Assembly: GCA_016872555.1 (NCBI GenBank)
Contig: VGZO01000014.1
Coordinates: forward strand, 4,834-68,833
Source: Planctomycetota bacterium
GTDB lineage: Bacteria; Planctomycetota; Planctomycetia; Pirellulales; UBA1268
Length of the DNA: 64,000 bases
Direction of reading: 5' to 3'
Below the pieces are notes generated by a model. It ran no database searches. It saw only the letters and a program-made list of their open reading frames with translations, and was not told the origin of the DNA. Both the position numbers and the translations under genes were made by a program. This document shows positions 56,688 through 64,000 of the stretch, one piece after another (the stretch's first letter is position 1; each line of letters starts with the position of its first letter).

Positions 56688-57832
56688 GGCTCGCGGGCCG
56701 ACCGATCGCAGGTGACGTCGCTTCCATCGCTCCCGGCCCATGGTCGCGTTGGAAATGGCCTCGGGCAGGAGGCGCGGAGAAGGATGTCGCCTTCGATCAT
56801 CTCCACCGATTCGATCTCGAGCCCGGCGACATCGCGGATCGAGGCCGACGGGTCGGCGGCGGGAGCGTCGGTGACGAACACCCAGGCCTCGTCGACGAGA
56901 CCGGCTTCGAAGGCCTCGTGGAGCAGCTGAGCGCCCCCTTCCATCAGCACGTTGGTGCAACGCCGGCGTCCCAGTTCGGCGAGGACTTCGGCCAGTCGCG
57001 CGCCTGGCGACGAGGTCGTCCCCACCCCGACGTCGGCGCCGGCGGCGCGGAGGGCAGCGACCCAGGCCGGATCGGCCGCGGCCGAGGTCACCACCAGCAC
57101 AGGTGCCTCGGCCACGGTGGCCACCAGCCGTGAGGTGAGTGGAAGCCGCCCGCGGCCGTCGAGGACGACACGCAGCGGCGTCCGTGGCCCCGCGGGGCGG
57201 GCGGTGAGCAGCGGATCATCGGCCAGCGCCGTCCCGCTGCCGACGACGATCGCGTCGACCTCACCCCGGAGTCGGTGAACGAGTGCCCGCGACCCCGCCG
57301 ACGACAGCCACCGCCGGCCCGGCGGAGAGGCGAGCCCGCCACTGGCGCCTGTCGCCCACTTGGCGATCACCCACGGCCGGCGGCGGAGGAGGAGCGTGCG
57401 GTAGGGGCCCGTAAGAGCCAGCGCCGCCGCCTCGCCGAGGCCGGTTTCGACGGCGATCCCGGCGGCGGCCAGCCGCGCGAGCCCCTTGCCCCCGACGAGC
57501 GGATGGGGGTCGACGGTGGCGGCCACGACGCGACGGATCCCGGCGGCGAGGATCGCGTCGGTGCACGGCGGAGTCTTGCCGTGGTGGCAGCAGGGCTCGA
57601 GCGTGACATACAGCGTGCCACCCCGCGCCTGCGTGCCGGCCCTCGCCAGCGCCACGACCTCGGCATGCGGCCCGCCGTAGCGGGCGTGCCACCCCTCGCC
57701 GACGTACCGCGGCACGGCGGCGTCCGCCACCACCGCGCCGACCATCGGATTGGGTTCGACCAGTCCGCGGCCCTGCCGTGCCAGTTCGACGGCACGCTGC
57801 ATCGCGGCGGCGTCGAAGGGCGAGAAGCCCAT
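56669..57832 (-). CDS. ribD: bifunctional riboflavin-biosynthesis deaminase/reductase
   Basis: MQRAVELARQG...PNPMVGAVV...HAEVVAL...TLYVTLEPCCHHGKTPPC (CDA zinc motif), then the reductase half: WVIAKWATGASGG...VDAIVVGSGTALADDPLLT...LMEGGAQL. The ATG at 57832 is in frame with the track ORF. Confidence 0.9.
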   Translation of the reverse strand: MGFSPFDAAAMQRAVELARQGRGLVEPNPMVGAVVADAAVPRYVGEGWHARYGGPHAEVVALARAGTQARGGTLYVTLEPCCHHGKTPPCTDAILAAGIRRVVAATVDPHPLVGGKGLARLAAAGIAVETGLGEAAALALTGPYRTLLLRRRPWVIAKWATGASGGLASPPGRRWLSSAGSRALVHRLRGEVDAIVVGSGTALADDPLLTARPAGPRTPLRVVLDGRGRLPLTSRLVATVAEAPVLVVTSAAADPAWVAALRAAGADVGVGTTSSPGARLAEVLAELGRRRCTNVLMEGGAQLLHEAFEAGLVDEAWVFVTDAPAADPSASIRDVAGLEIESVEMIEGDILLRASCPRPFPTRPWAGSDGSDVTCDRSAREPHSPEG

Positions 57833-60009
57833 CACCCGGGCGTCCAGATTTTCTTCTTCTCTCCCGGCGCGGCGGCCGCCTCGCCGCCGGGGGTCCAGAT
57901 GCCGGTGGCAGCGGCAGGTGCCTGGGCCGCGGCGGGCGGAGCCGCTGGCGCCGGGCGGCGCCCCGGGGCCGGTGGCCGGCCGGCGGCCATGCCGGGGATG
58001 TCGACCCCCGCCTCCATCAGCACCTCCGCGAGGGCCCCGAGCACGCGCTGGTCGCTGCCATGATCGCGCCGCAGGTGGTCGAGGAGGCGCACGACCTCGG
58101 TCTGATCGCCACGCTCGATCCGGACGCGCAGCTCGGCGACGTCGAGCATCCCGTCGCCCATCGACAATTGGCGGGCGATGGCGCGCAGTTCGCCGAGGAG
58201 TTCCAGGCGGCCGACGGTCGACGGTGTGCGCTCCTCGAGGATGCTGAGGGCCTCCCAGCGGTCTTCGGGAGCCGCGTCGGGGCGGGCGGCGAGCGCCGTC
58301 GCGGCCCGCTCGGTGGCCTGCTCGAAGCCGGCGTCGGCGGCGGTGAACAGCAAGCCCCGCAGGTCGTCGAGCGGCATGTCGGCGAGGCGCAGCCGGTGCC
58401 AACGGGCCGGCGGCACGTCGACGAACGACCCGTCGGCGGCGATCTCGGAGGGCACGGGCAGGCCGAGCACCGCGCGGATCCGGCTCCAGGCGCCGGCAGC
58501 GTCGCCGCGCCGCGCCGTCGCCTCGCCCTCGCTGACCAGGGCTTCCACCCGCCGCCGCCCCTCGGCATCGGCCAGCGCTTCGCGCGGGATGCGGCCGAGT
58601 AGTTCGGGGAGGGGGGTGTCGGGCCAGAGGCTGACCAGTCGGTTCCACGCCGCCTCGCGCTGCTCGGCGACCAGCGTCTCGAACACCGTCGGCGCGCCGG
58701 GCGCCGGTGCGGCCGGCGGCGTCGCCGGGGGCACGACCCGGTACTGCGCGGCGACCAGCCACGTCGTCGGGCTGACCACCGGCAAGGAAACGCCTTCGGG
58801 GTTGCGCGGCGTGAACGTGCAGCCGAGCAGTGCCTGGACCGCGGGCGCGGCGGCGGCGAGGTCGGGGGCGAATCCCTGGAGAACGGCCTCGGCCTCGCGG
58901 TCGGTCTGCCGCCCGAAGATCATCAGCGTCCCCAGGAGCCGCGACGGCGCGCCGGCCGCGGCCGCGTCGAACACGCGCCACACCGACCGGGGTGGTGCCG
59001 CACCGCGCGAGACCCACTCCGTGCGATCGACGGCCGCCGGCTCGCAGTGGCCGTCGTGACGGATCCGGTCCTCGAGAAGGTCGAGGTCGGGGCACCCCTC
59101 GCGCGACAGTTCGGCGGCCCAACGCTCCAGTCGGATCGTCGGCGACCGCTCCGGATTGGCCTCGGTCTCCAGGGCGATCGCCCGGCCGGTCGCCTCGACG
59201 GCCGCGTCGCCGTCGCCACCCGGAAGCTTGGCGACCGAAAGCCAGGCCTCGGCGGCCTCGTAGGGCCGGGCCAGCGCCTCACAGAGGATGGCGACGTTGG
59301 TGAACACGGCCGGATGGTCGGTGGCCACGCCCCGGAGGCTGCGGAACGTGGTCAGCGCCTTGCCGAGCCGCCAGTCCTGGGCCGCCTTGAGCGCGGTGTC
59401 GAACTCGAACCGCCACGGCGAGTCGGCGGGAGTCGGCGCCAGCGGCATCCGCGCGCGGAGCGCGGGCGGCACGCCGGCACTGCCGACCACCATCGCCAGC
59501 ATCCGCCGATCTTCGGCACTGCCCAGGCCGGTTTCCTCGAGCCACTCGACGATCGACTGCGCGCAGCCGGGGTGGCCCGCCTGGGCCATGGCCTGCACGA
59601 GGGTGGCCGCGATCCGGACGAGATCGGTGGGGGGCTCCTTGCCGGCGGCCTCGCGGGCCCGATCGAACAGCGCCGCCGCTTCGGGAGAGGCACCGGCGAT
59701 GGCGGCGCTGATCGCGGCGTAGCCGAGGGCGACGGGATTCTCGGGATGGGCTTCGAGAAACGCCCGGCTGGCGGCGGCGGCGCCGGCGAAGTCGCGCGCC
59801 GCCAGATCGAGCCGTGTCCTTGCCGCCAGCAGGCAGGCACGCCCGGGGTGGTCGGCATCGAGCGCGCGGACCCGCTCGCGTGCCGCCGCGAGCTGGTCTC
59901 CCTCGACGAGACGCTCGATCTGCTCGAGGTCGCCGACGAGCTCGGCACAGCAGAACTTGAGCTTCTTGCCCGTCCCTCCGGGGCAGGGCGAGTAGGGATC
60001 GAGCGGCAT
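57832..60009 (-). CDS. SEC-C-motif-like / TPR-like helical protein (725 aa, unknown function)
   Basis: The N-terminus MPLDPYSPCPGGTGKKLKFCC resembles the SecA C-terminal metal-binding motif. It is followed by a long alpha-helical repeat-like body. The C-terminus ends GIWTPGGEAAAAPGEKKKIWTPG. Its stop overlaps the ribD start (TGATG). Confidence 0.7.
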   Translation of the reverse strand: MPLDPYSPCPGGTGKKLKFCCAELVGDLEQIERLVEGDQLAAARERVRALDADHPGRACLLAARTRLDLAARDFAGAAAASRAFLEAHPENPVALGYAAISAAIAGASPEAAALFDRAREAAGKEPPTDLVRIAATLVQAMAQAGHPGCAQSIVEWLEETGLGSAEDRRMLAMVVGSAGVPPALRARMPLAPTPADSPWRFEFDTALKAAQDWRLGKALTTFRSLRGVATDHPAVFTNVAILCEALARPYEAAEAWLSVAKLPGGDGDAAVEATGRAIALETEANPERSPTIRLERWAAELSREGCPDLDLLEDRIRHDGHCEPAAVDRTEWVSRGAAPPRSVWRVFDAAAAGAPSRLLGTLMIFGRQTDREAEAVLQGFAPDLAAAAPAVQALLGCTFTPRNPEGVSLPVVSPTTWLVAAQYRVVPPATPPAAPAPGAPTVFETLVAEQREAAWNRLVSLWPDTPLPELLGRIPREALADAEGRRRVEALVSEGEATARRGDAAGAWSRIRAVLGLPVPSEIAADGSFVDVPPARWHRLRLADMPLDDLRGLLFTAADAGFEQATERAATALAARPDAAPEDRWEALSILEERTPSTVGRLELLGELRAIARQLSMGDGMLDVAELRVRIERGDQTEVVRLLDHLRRDHGSDQRVLGALAEVLMEAGVDIPGMAAGRPPAPGRRPAPAAPPAAAQAPAAATGIWTPGGEAAAAPGEKKKIWTPG

Positions 60010-60233
60010 CGGGCGGGATCTCCGGAAACGGGCGTCCGGCCCGCGCCGGACGATGGCTTGAATGTACCAGAGGGTGCGGCGCCGCTCCGGCGTCTCCCGG
60101 GGATCCCGGGGGACCAGCAGGAGCCAGGCCAGACCGCGGTGGCGCTCGCCGAGGGGATACACTTGGCCGCGCTCCGCGCCGCCGCACTCGGGCAAACGTC
60201 GGCGGGCCGGTGCGGTTTCTCCCCGTTCCCGCC

Positions 60234-61643
60234 ATGCGCCAGCCGCGGATCATCGTCATCGACGCAGCGGGGCCGGCGGCGCTCCCCTACGCCCGTCTGG
60301 TCGCCCGGCTCCAGCCCCTCGAGCTGCGGATCGAGACGAACGTCGATGCCGCGCTGGAGGCGGTGGCGCGCGATTCGTGGGATCTCGCGGTCGTCACGGC
60401 CCGCGACGCCCTCCCCGCGGCGCGGTTGCTGGAGAGCGTGCGTGCGGCCGATCCCCAACTCCCGGTGGTGGTCATCGATTCCGAGCCGGCGGTGGCGACG
60501 GCGCGGAAGTGTCTCCAGGCGGGAGCCACCGATTATCTCGAATTGGCCCGTGTCGATGCCGAGCTCGAGGGGGCGCTGGGGCGCCTCCGGGAGGCGGCAC
60601 GCCGCCAGGCGAGGGGCGAAACGCTGCGCCGTGCGGTCGAGCGTCCCTATTCGTTCGAGGAGTTCATCGGCGAAAGCGCGCCGATGCGGCAGGTGTATGC
60701 CCTCATCGAGCGCGTCGCCGCCAGTTCGATCGACGTCCTCGTCAGCGGCGAGACCGGCACCGGCAAGGAACTGGTGGCCCGCGCGATCCACAGACGCAGC
60801 CGGCGGGCGGCCGGTCCGTTCGTGCCGGTCGACTGCGGGGCGATCCCCGACACGCTCCTCGAGAGCGAGTTGTTCGGCCACGAGCGCGGGGCGTTCACCG
60901 GCGCCGACGCGCGGCGGATTGGCCTGGTGGAGTGCGCCGACGGCGGCACGCTGCTCCTCGACGAGGTCGGGGAGCTGCCGCCGGCGCTCCAGGCCAAGCT
61001 GCTCCGCGTGCTCCAGGAACGGCGCGTCCGCCGGGTCGGCGCGCGGCAGGAGACCGCGGTCGACGTCCGCGTGGTCGCGGCGACGTCACGGCCGCTCGAC
61101 GCGATGGTCGAGCGCGGCCAGTTCCGCCGGGATCTCTTCTTCCGGATCAACGTCGTCCGCGTCGACCTGCCGCCGCTCCGGGCGCGCGGCGACGACATCG
61201 GCCTCTTGGCCGAGGCCTTCGCCAGCCGCGCCGCCCACGAGGCGGGGCGGCCGGTGCCGGGGCTGTCGGCCGACGCCTACCAGGTGCTCCGGAGCTACTC
61301 CTGGCCGGGTAACGTCCGGGAGCTGTCCAACGTCATCCGCCGCGCCGTGGCGATGGCGACGGGGCCGCTGGCCGGCGTCGACGACCTCCCCGACGAGCTC
61401 GTCGCCGCGGCCGGTCGCGGTGCCGAGCCGGAGGGAGCGACGGGATTCTTCGCGCAGCGTGCCGAGCACGTCGCCCGGTTCGAGCGGCAGTTCCTCGTCG
61501 AATTGCTGTCGCGCCACGTCGGCGACGTCGCCGCCGCGGCACGCGAGGCCCGGCTGCCGCGCGGCACGCTGTACCGCCTCTTGAAGGCGCACGGCCTCGA
61601 CGGGGCGTCGTTCCGCCGGCCGGCGGCTGGGCCACCGGGCTGA
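60234..61643 (+). CDS. sigma-54-dependent transcriptional activator (NtrC family) with a degenerate receiver domain
   Basis: AAA+ core: VLVSGETGTGKELVARAIH, ESELFGHERGAFTGA (GAFTGA), GGTLLLDEVGEL, RVVAATS, WPGNVRELSNVI. C-terminal Fis-type HTH: AAAREARLPRGTLYRLLKAHGL. The N-terminal REC-like fold lacks several conserved residues. Confidence 0.9.
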   Translation: MRQPRIIVIDAAGPAALPYARLVARLQPLELRIETNVDAALEAVARDSWDLAVVTARDALPAARLLESVRAADPQLPVVVIDSEPAVATARKCLQAGATDYLELARVDAELEGALGRLREAARRQARGETLRRAVERPYSFEEFIGESAPMRQVYALIERVAASSIDVLVSGETGTGKELVARAIHRRSRRAAGPFVPVDCGAIPDTLLESELFGHERGAFTGADARRIGLVECADGGTLLLDEVGELPPALQAKLLRVLQERRVRRVGARQETAVDVRVVAATSRPLDAMVERGQFRRDLFFRINVVRVDLPPLRARGDDIGLLAEAFASRAAHEAGRPVPGLSADAYQVLRSYSWPGNVRELSNVIRRAVAMATGPLAGVDDLPDELVAAAGRGAEPEGATGFFAQRAEHVARFERQFLVELLSRHVGDVAAAAREARLPRGTLYRLLKAHGLDGASFRRPAAGPPG

Positions 61644-61686
61644 CCGTCGGCAGGCGCGGGGGCACTCCGCCTTCCGGCGACCGCGC

Positions 61687-63084
61687 TCAGCCGCCGGGAG
61701 CCTTGCGGTTCCAGGTGCGCCCTTCCTTGTAGCGGTTGCAACGCTCGACGAGCTCGGCGTTGGTGGTCGTCGCGATCACCCGGTCGAGGGCCTTGGTGAA
61801 CTCCTCCTTGTTGCCGTCGCGCAGCTGCTGGTGGTGGGCCAGCTCGACCACGCTCAGGCAGGCGGATTCGGCGAGCGCGGGCTGGTCGAGGTAGGGCACC
61901 ACGAATCGCAGGGTGTCGACGGTGCGGATCGCGTTGGCTCGCTCCAGCACGCGGCGCCGGTCCTCGTCGCGCCGGCAGAGGTCCATCGTCCGCCGCAGCA
62001 ACTCGAGCTTCTGTTTGTCGTCGAGGGTGTTGTTGGGGAGCGGCGCGATGCGGATCAGCGTCCCGAGGAGCACGTCGCGCTCCTTCTCGTCGCCGGTGGC
62101 CGCGAGCAGCTCGAGGAGCCGGTCCTTGACGGTGGCGTCGGGCCAGCGCGACAGCGCTTCCAGCCCGACCGCCCGCTGCGCCGGGTCGGCGAGGAGGCGA
62201 TCGACGACGCCCCGGGCCTCCGGACCGCCGATGCGGCCGAGGACTCCCACCAGCTGCCGCCGGGCGTCGGGCACGGCGCCGGCGAACTGGCCGAGGAACG
62301 CCTCCGCGGCCCGCTGGCGGTCGCGTCCGGCCGTGCACACCGCGACCAGCGCCCGCTCCGCCTCGTCGCGCTGCTGCCCGGCAGTGCTGCGGAGCAGGCC
62401 CCGGACCATCGTGGGGACCTCCGCCGCCGTGCCGAGCTGGCCGAGGGCGCGCAGCGCCGCACCGCGCAGCGCCTCGTCGTCACCGGAGGCGTCGCCGGCC
62501 AGATCGGGCGCGGCCGCCGTCACCCGCCGGGCGGCGAGGATCTCGATCAATGCCAGCCGCGTGTCGCGCGGCGCTCCGCGGGCTGCGGCCAACAGTGCCG
62601 CGGTCGCTCCGGGCCCGTCGACGAGAAGCAGACCGCGCCGCGCGGCATCGGCCTCGGGACCACCGGCACCGAGCCGGCCGACGAGCAGCGGCACGTCGTC
62701 GCCCCCCGCCAGTGCCGCCACCGTGACGAGCGCCCCGGCCCGGATCGCGGGGTCGGAGGCGGCTTCGGCCAGGCTCCTGACCCCCGGCAGCGCGGCCGGG
62801 TCGCCGCGGTCCGCCAGCGCCGCCAGCAGCGCCGGCTGACACGCCGCCTCCAGGCCCGGAAGCAGCGTCTCGGCGAGGCGGATGCTGGCGGCCTCGCCGC
62901 GCAAGCCGTCGCGGACGCGCTCGAGGCCGACGGCGCGGAGATCGGGGTCGGTGGAGCGCACCAATTCGGCGACGGCAGCGAAGGCCTCGTCGGCCCACGC
63001 CGCCATGGGGGCGACCGCCGCCCAGGCCCCGGCGACGACGGCCGCGACGGCGATCCGACCACGAAGGGAAACCAGCAGCGGCAT
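61687..63084 (-). CDS. secreted HEAT-repeat protein
   Basis: Signal peptide MPLLVSLRGRIAVAAVVAGAWAAVAPMAAWA. HEAT/ARM-like units recur (DPDLRAVGLERV, DPAIRAGALVTVAALAG, EALRGAALRALGQLG, ...). Confidence 0.7.
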   Translation of the reverse strand: MPLLVSLRGRIAVAAVVAGAWAAVAPMAAWADEAFAAVAELVRSTDPDLRAVGLERVRDGLRGEAASIRLAETLLPGLEAACQPALLAALADRGDPAALPGVRSLAEAASDPAIRAGALVTVAALAGGDDVPLLVGRLGAGGPEADAARRGLLLVDGPGATAALLAAARGAPRDTRLALIEILAARRVTAAAPDLAGDASGDDEALRGAALRALGQLGTAAEVPTMVRGLLRSTAGQQRDEAERALVAVCTAGRDRQRAAEAFLGQFAGAVPDARRQLVGVLGRIGGPEARGVVDRLLADPAQRAVGLEALSRWPDATVKDRLLELLAATGDEKERDVLLGTLIRIAPLPNNTLDDKQKLELLRRTMDLCRRDEDRRRVLERANAIRTVDTLRFVVPYLDQPALAESACLSVVELAHHQQLRDGNKEEFTKALDRVIATTTNAELVERCNRYKEGRTWNRKAPGG

Positions 63085-63132
63085 CGGGATGCCTCCGGAA
63101 AGCGGGGGAACGACGGGAAGCGCCGGTGAAAC

Positions 63133-63864
63133 TCAGGTGCGGTCGAGGCAGGCGAGCCGGCCGCGCGTGGCGGCGATCCGCAGGGCCCGGTCGCGGTGGC
63201 TGGTCGGCGTCGGGCCGACCCCGGCGGCGATCGCGTCGTAGATGCCGCGTGCCTGCGTCCGCTCGCCGCGCGCGAGAAATGCGTCGGCACAGGCGAGGCG
63301 GGCGTCGAGGATCGCCGCGTCGGCAGGTCCGGGCTTTGCCGCCGCCAGCGCGGCGGCGGCCTCCGGCGAGGCCAACCGCCCCAGCCCCTCGGCAGCGGCG
63401 ATCGCCAGCGCCGGTTCGGCGTTGAGCAAGTCGGCCAACAACGGCACGCAGCCGGCGTCGCCACGGCCGACCAGCGACGAGACGACGCCGATCCGTCGCT
63501 GGCCCGTGGTCGTCGCCAGCGCCGCGCGGAGGGCCGCGCCGGCCTCGGGGGCATCGATCCGCTCCAGCGCGAACCGGGCCATGTGCGACTGGTGCGGATC
63601 GTCGAGGAGCCTGGCCAGTCCGGGCACGCTCGCCGCCGAGCCGATCACGGCCAGGCGCCTGCAGACGTATTCCTTGGCCGCCCGCGACGCAGTGCCGGCG
63701 AGCACGCCGAGCAGGCGCCGTTCGAGGTCGGCCCGCAGCGCCTCTCCGCCGTGGGTGGCGACGACCGCTTCGTCGATCGTCGCCAGGGGGCCGGGATCGG
63801 CGCCCCAGTCGAATGCCGTCAGCGCCGCCAGCGCTGCATCGAGACGGCTGGAATCGAAGGCCAT
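63133..63864 (-). CDS. HEAT-repeat protein
   Basis: Repeats such as [54 protein letters not shown] lies upstream of the ATG (MAFDSS) at 63864. Confidence 0.65.
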   Translation of the reverse strand: MAFDSSRLDAALAALTAFDWGADPGPLATIDEAVVATHGGEALRADLERRLLGVLAGTASRAAKEYVCRRLAVIGSAASVPGLARLLDDPHQSHMARFALERIDAPEAGAALRAALATTTGQRRIGVVSSLVGRGDAGCVPLLADLLNAEPALAIAAAEGLGRLASPEAAAALAAAKPGPADAAILDARLACADAFLARGERTQARGIYDAIAAGVGPTPTSHRDRALRIAATRGRLACLDRT

Positions 63865-63919
63865 CGGAAGTCCTCCGGGGAATGTCGGGCGGGGAGCAGA
63901 AACGGCGCCGGCGACGGTC

Positions 63920-64000
63920 TCAGACGATCCACGGCTCGCGCCGCGCCCGGTCGACGAGCCGGTCGGCCCCGGCGTCGTCACGGAAGCGCTCCGCGGCGCG
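63920..64000 (-). CDS. 3' end of an unidentified gene (only 26 codons in the window)
   Basis: The reverse-strand reading frame stays open to the window edge and ends ...DRARREPWIV then TGA at 63920-63922. It is too short to classify. Confidence 0.3.
   Translation of the reverse strand, partial: RAAERFRDDAGADRLVDRARREPWIV

Overview
This is a high-GC bacterial chromosomal segment. Gene content points to a planctomycete, probably Pirellula-like: a DUF1559 pilin-like protein with a lipoprotein partner, DUF1080, DUF11-repeat, HEAT-repeat and SEC-C/TPR proteins, and an H4MPT-type formyltransferase. I call 49 protein-coding genes, 1 decayed pseudogene, 1 intrinsic terminator and a few repeats. I recognised no rRNA, tRNA, CRISPR array, transposase or integrase. 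Layout: (i) 1-3.1 kb holds ahcY, trpF and an ExeA-like ATPase. (ii) 3.1-25.1 kb is a large envelope-glycan region. It contains a polyprenol-P-mannose-synthase-like GT2, two TMTC-like GT-C/TPR enzymes, a GT9 heptosyltransferase, gmhB, a big polytopic membrane protein and an lhgO remnant. It also holds two tightly packed convergent operons. The plus-strand operon has 7 genes: two methyltransferases, E1 alpha/beta, an SDR, an acetolactate-synthase-like ThDP enzyme and a Zn-ADH. The minus-strand operon has 6 genes: a domain-swapped HldE-like enzyme, an epimerase, a 4,6-dehydratase, two paralogous small membrane proteins and a GT2. (iii) 25.3-32.7 kb holds pfk, acs, a DUF937 protein and a long U32 protein. 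(iv) 32.7-38 kb holds the DUF1559/lipoprotein pair, a 1000-aa PH-like/Zn-ribbon/ABC-exporter/DUF1854 fusion and DUF1080. (v) 38-45.3 kb holds cysK, a J-domain/LRR protein, a SurA-like PPIase, an aminotransferase and an N-terminally extended sigma-70. (vi) 46-50.7 kb holds infC-rpmI-rplT-pheS-pheT. (vii) 50.7-64 kb holds a DUF11 surface protein, an orphan Ftr/FhcD, a secreted hypothetical, ribD, a SEC-C/TPR protein, a sigma-54 activator and HEAT-repeat proteins. Most long ORFs in the track that lie antisense to these genes are GC-driven shadow ORFs. The candidates I rate most worth follow-up are the ThDP-rich sugar-tailoring island, which I predict makes a branched or C2-extended NDP-sugar; its GT2 plus paired small membrane proteins; the four-module ABC/DUF1854 fusion; and a 67-nt double-hairpin element present twice. 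All functional calls rest on my reading of the translated motifs. No database search was run.
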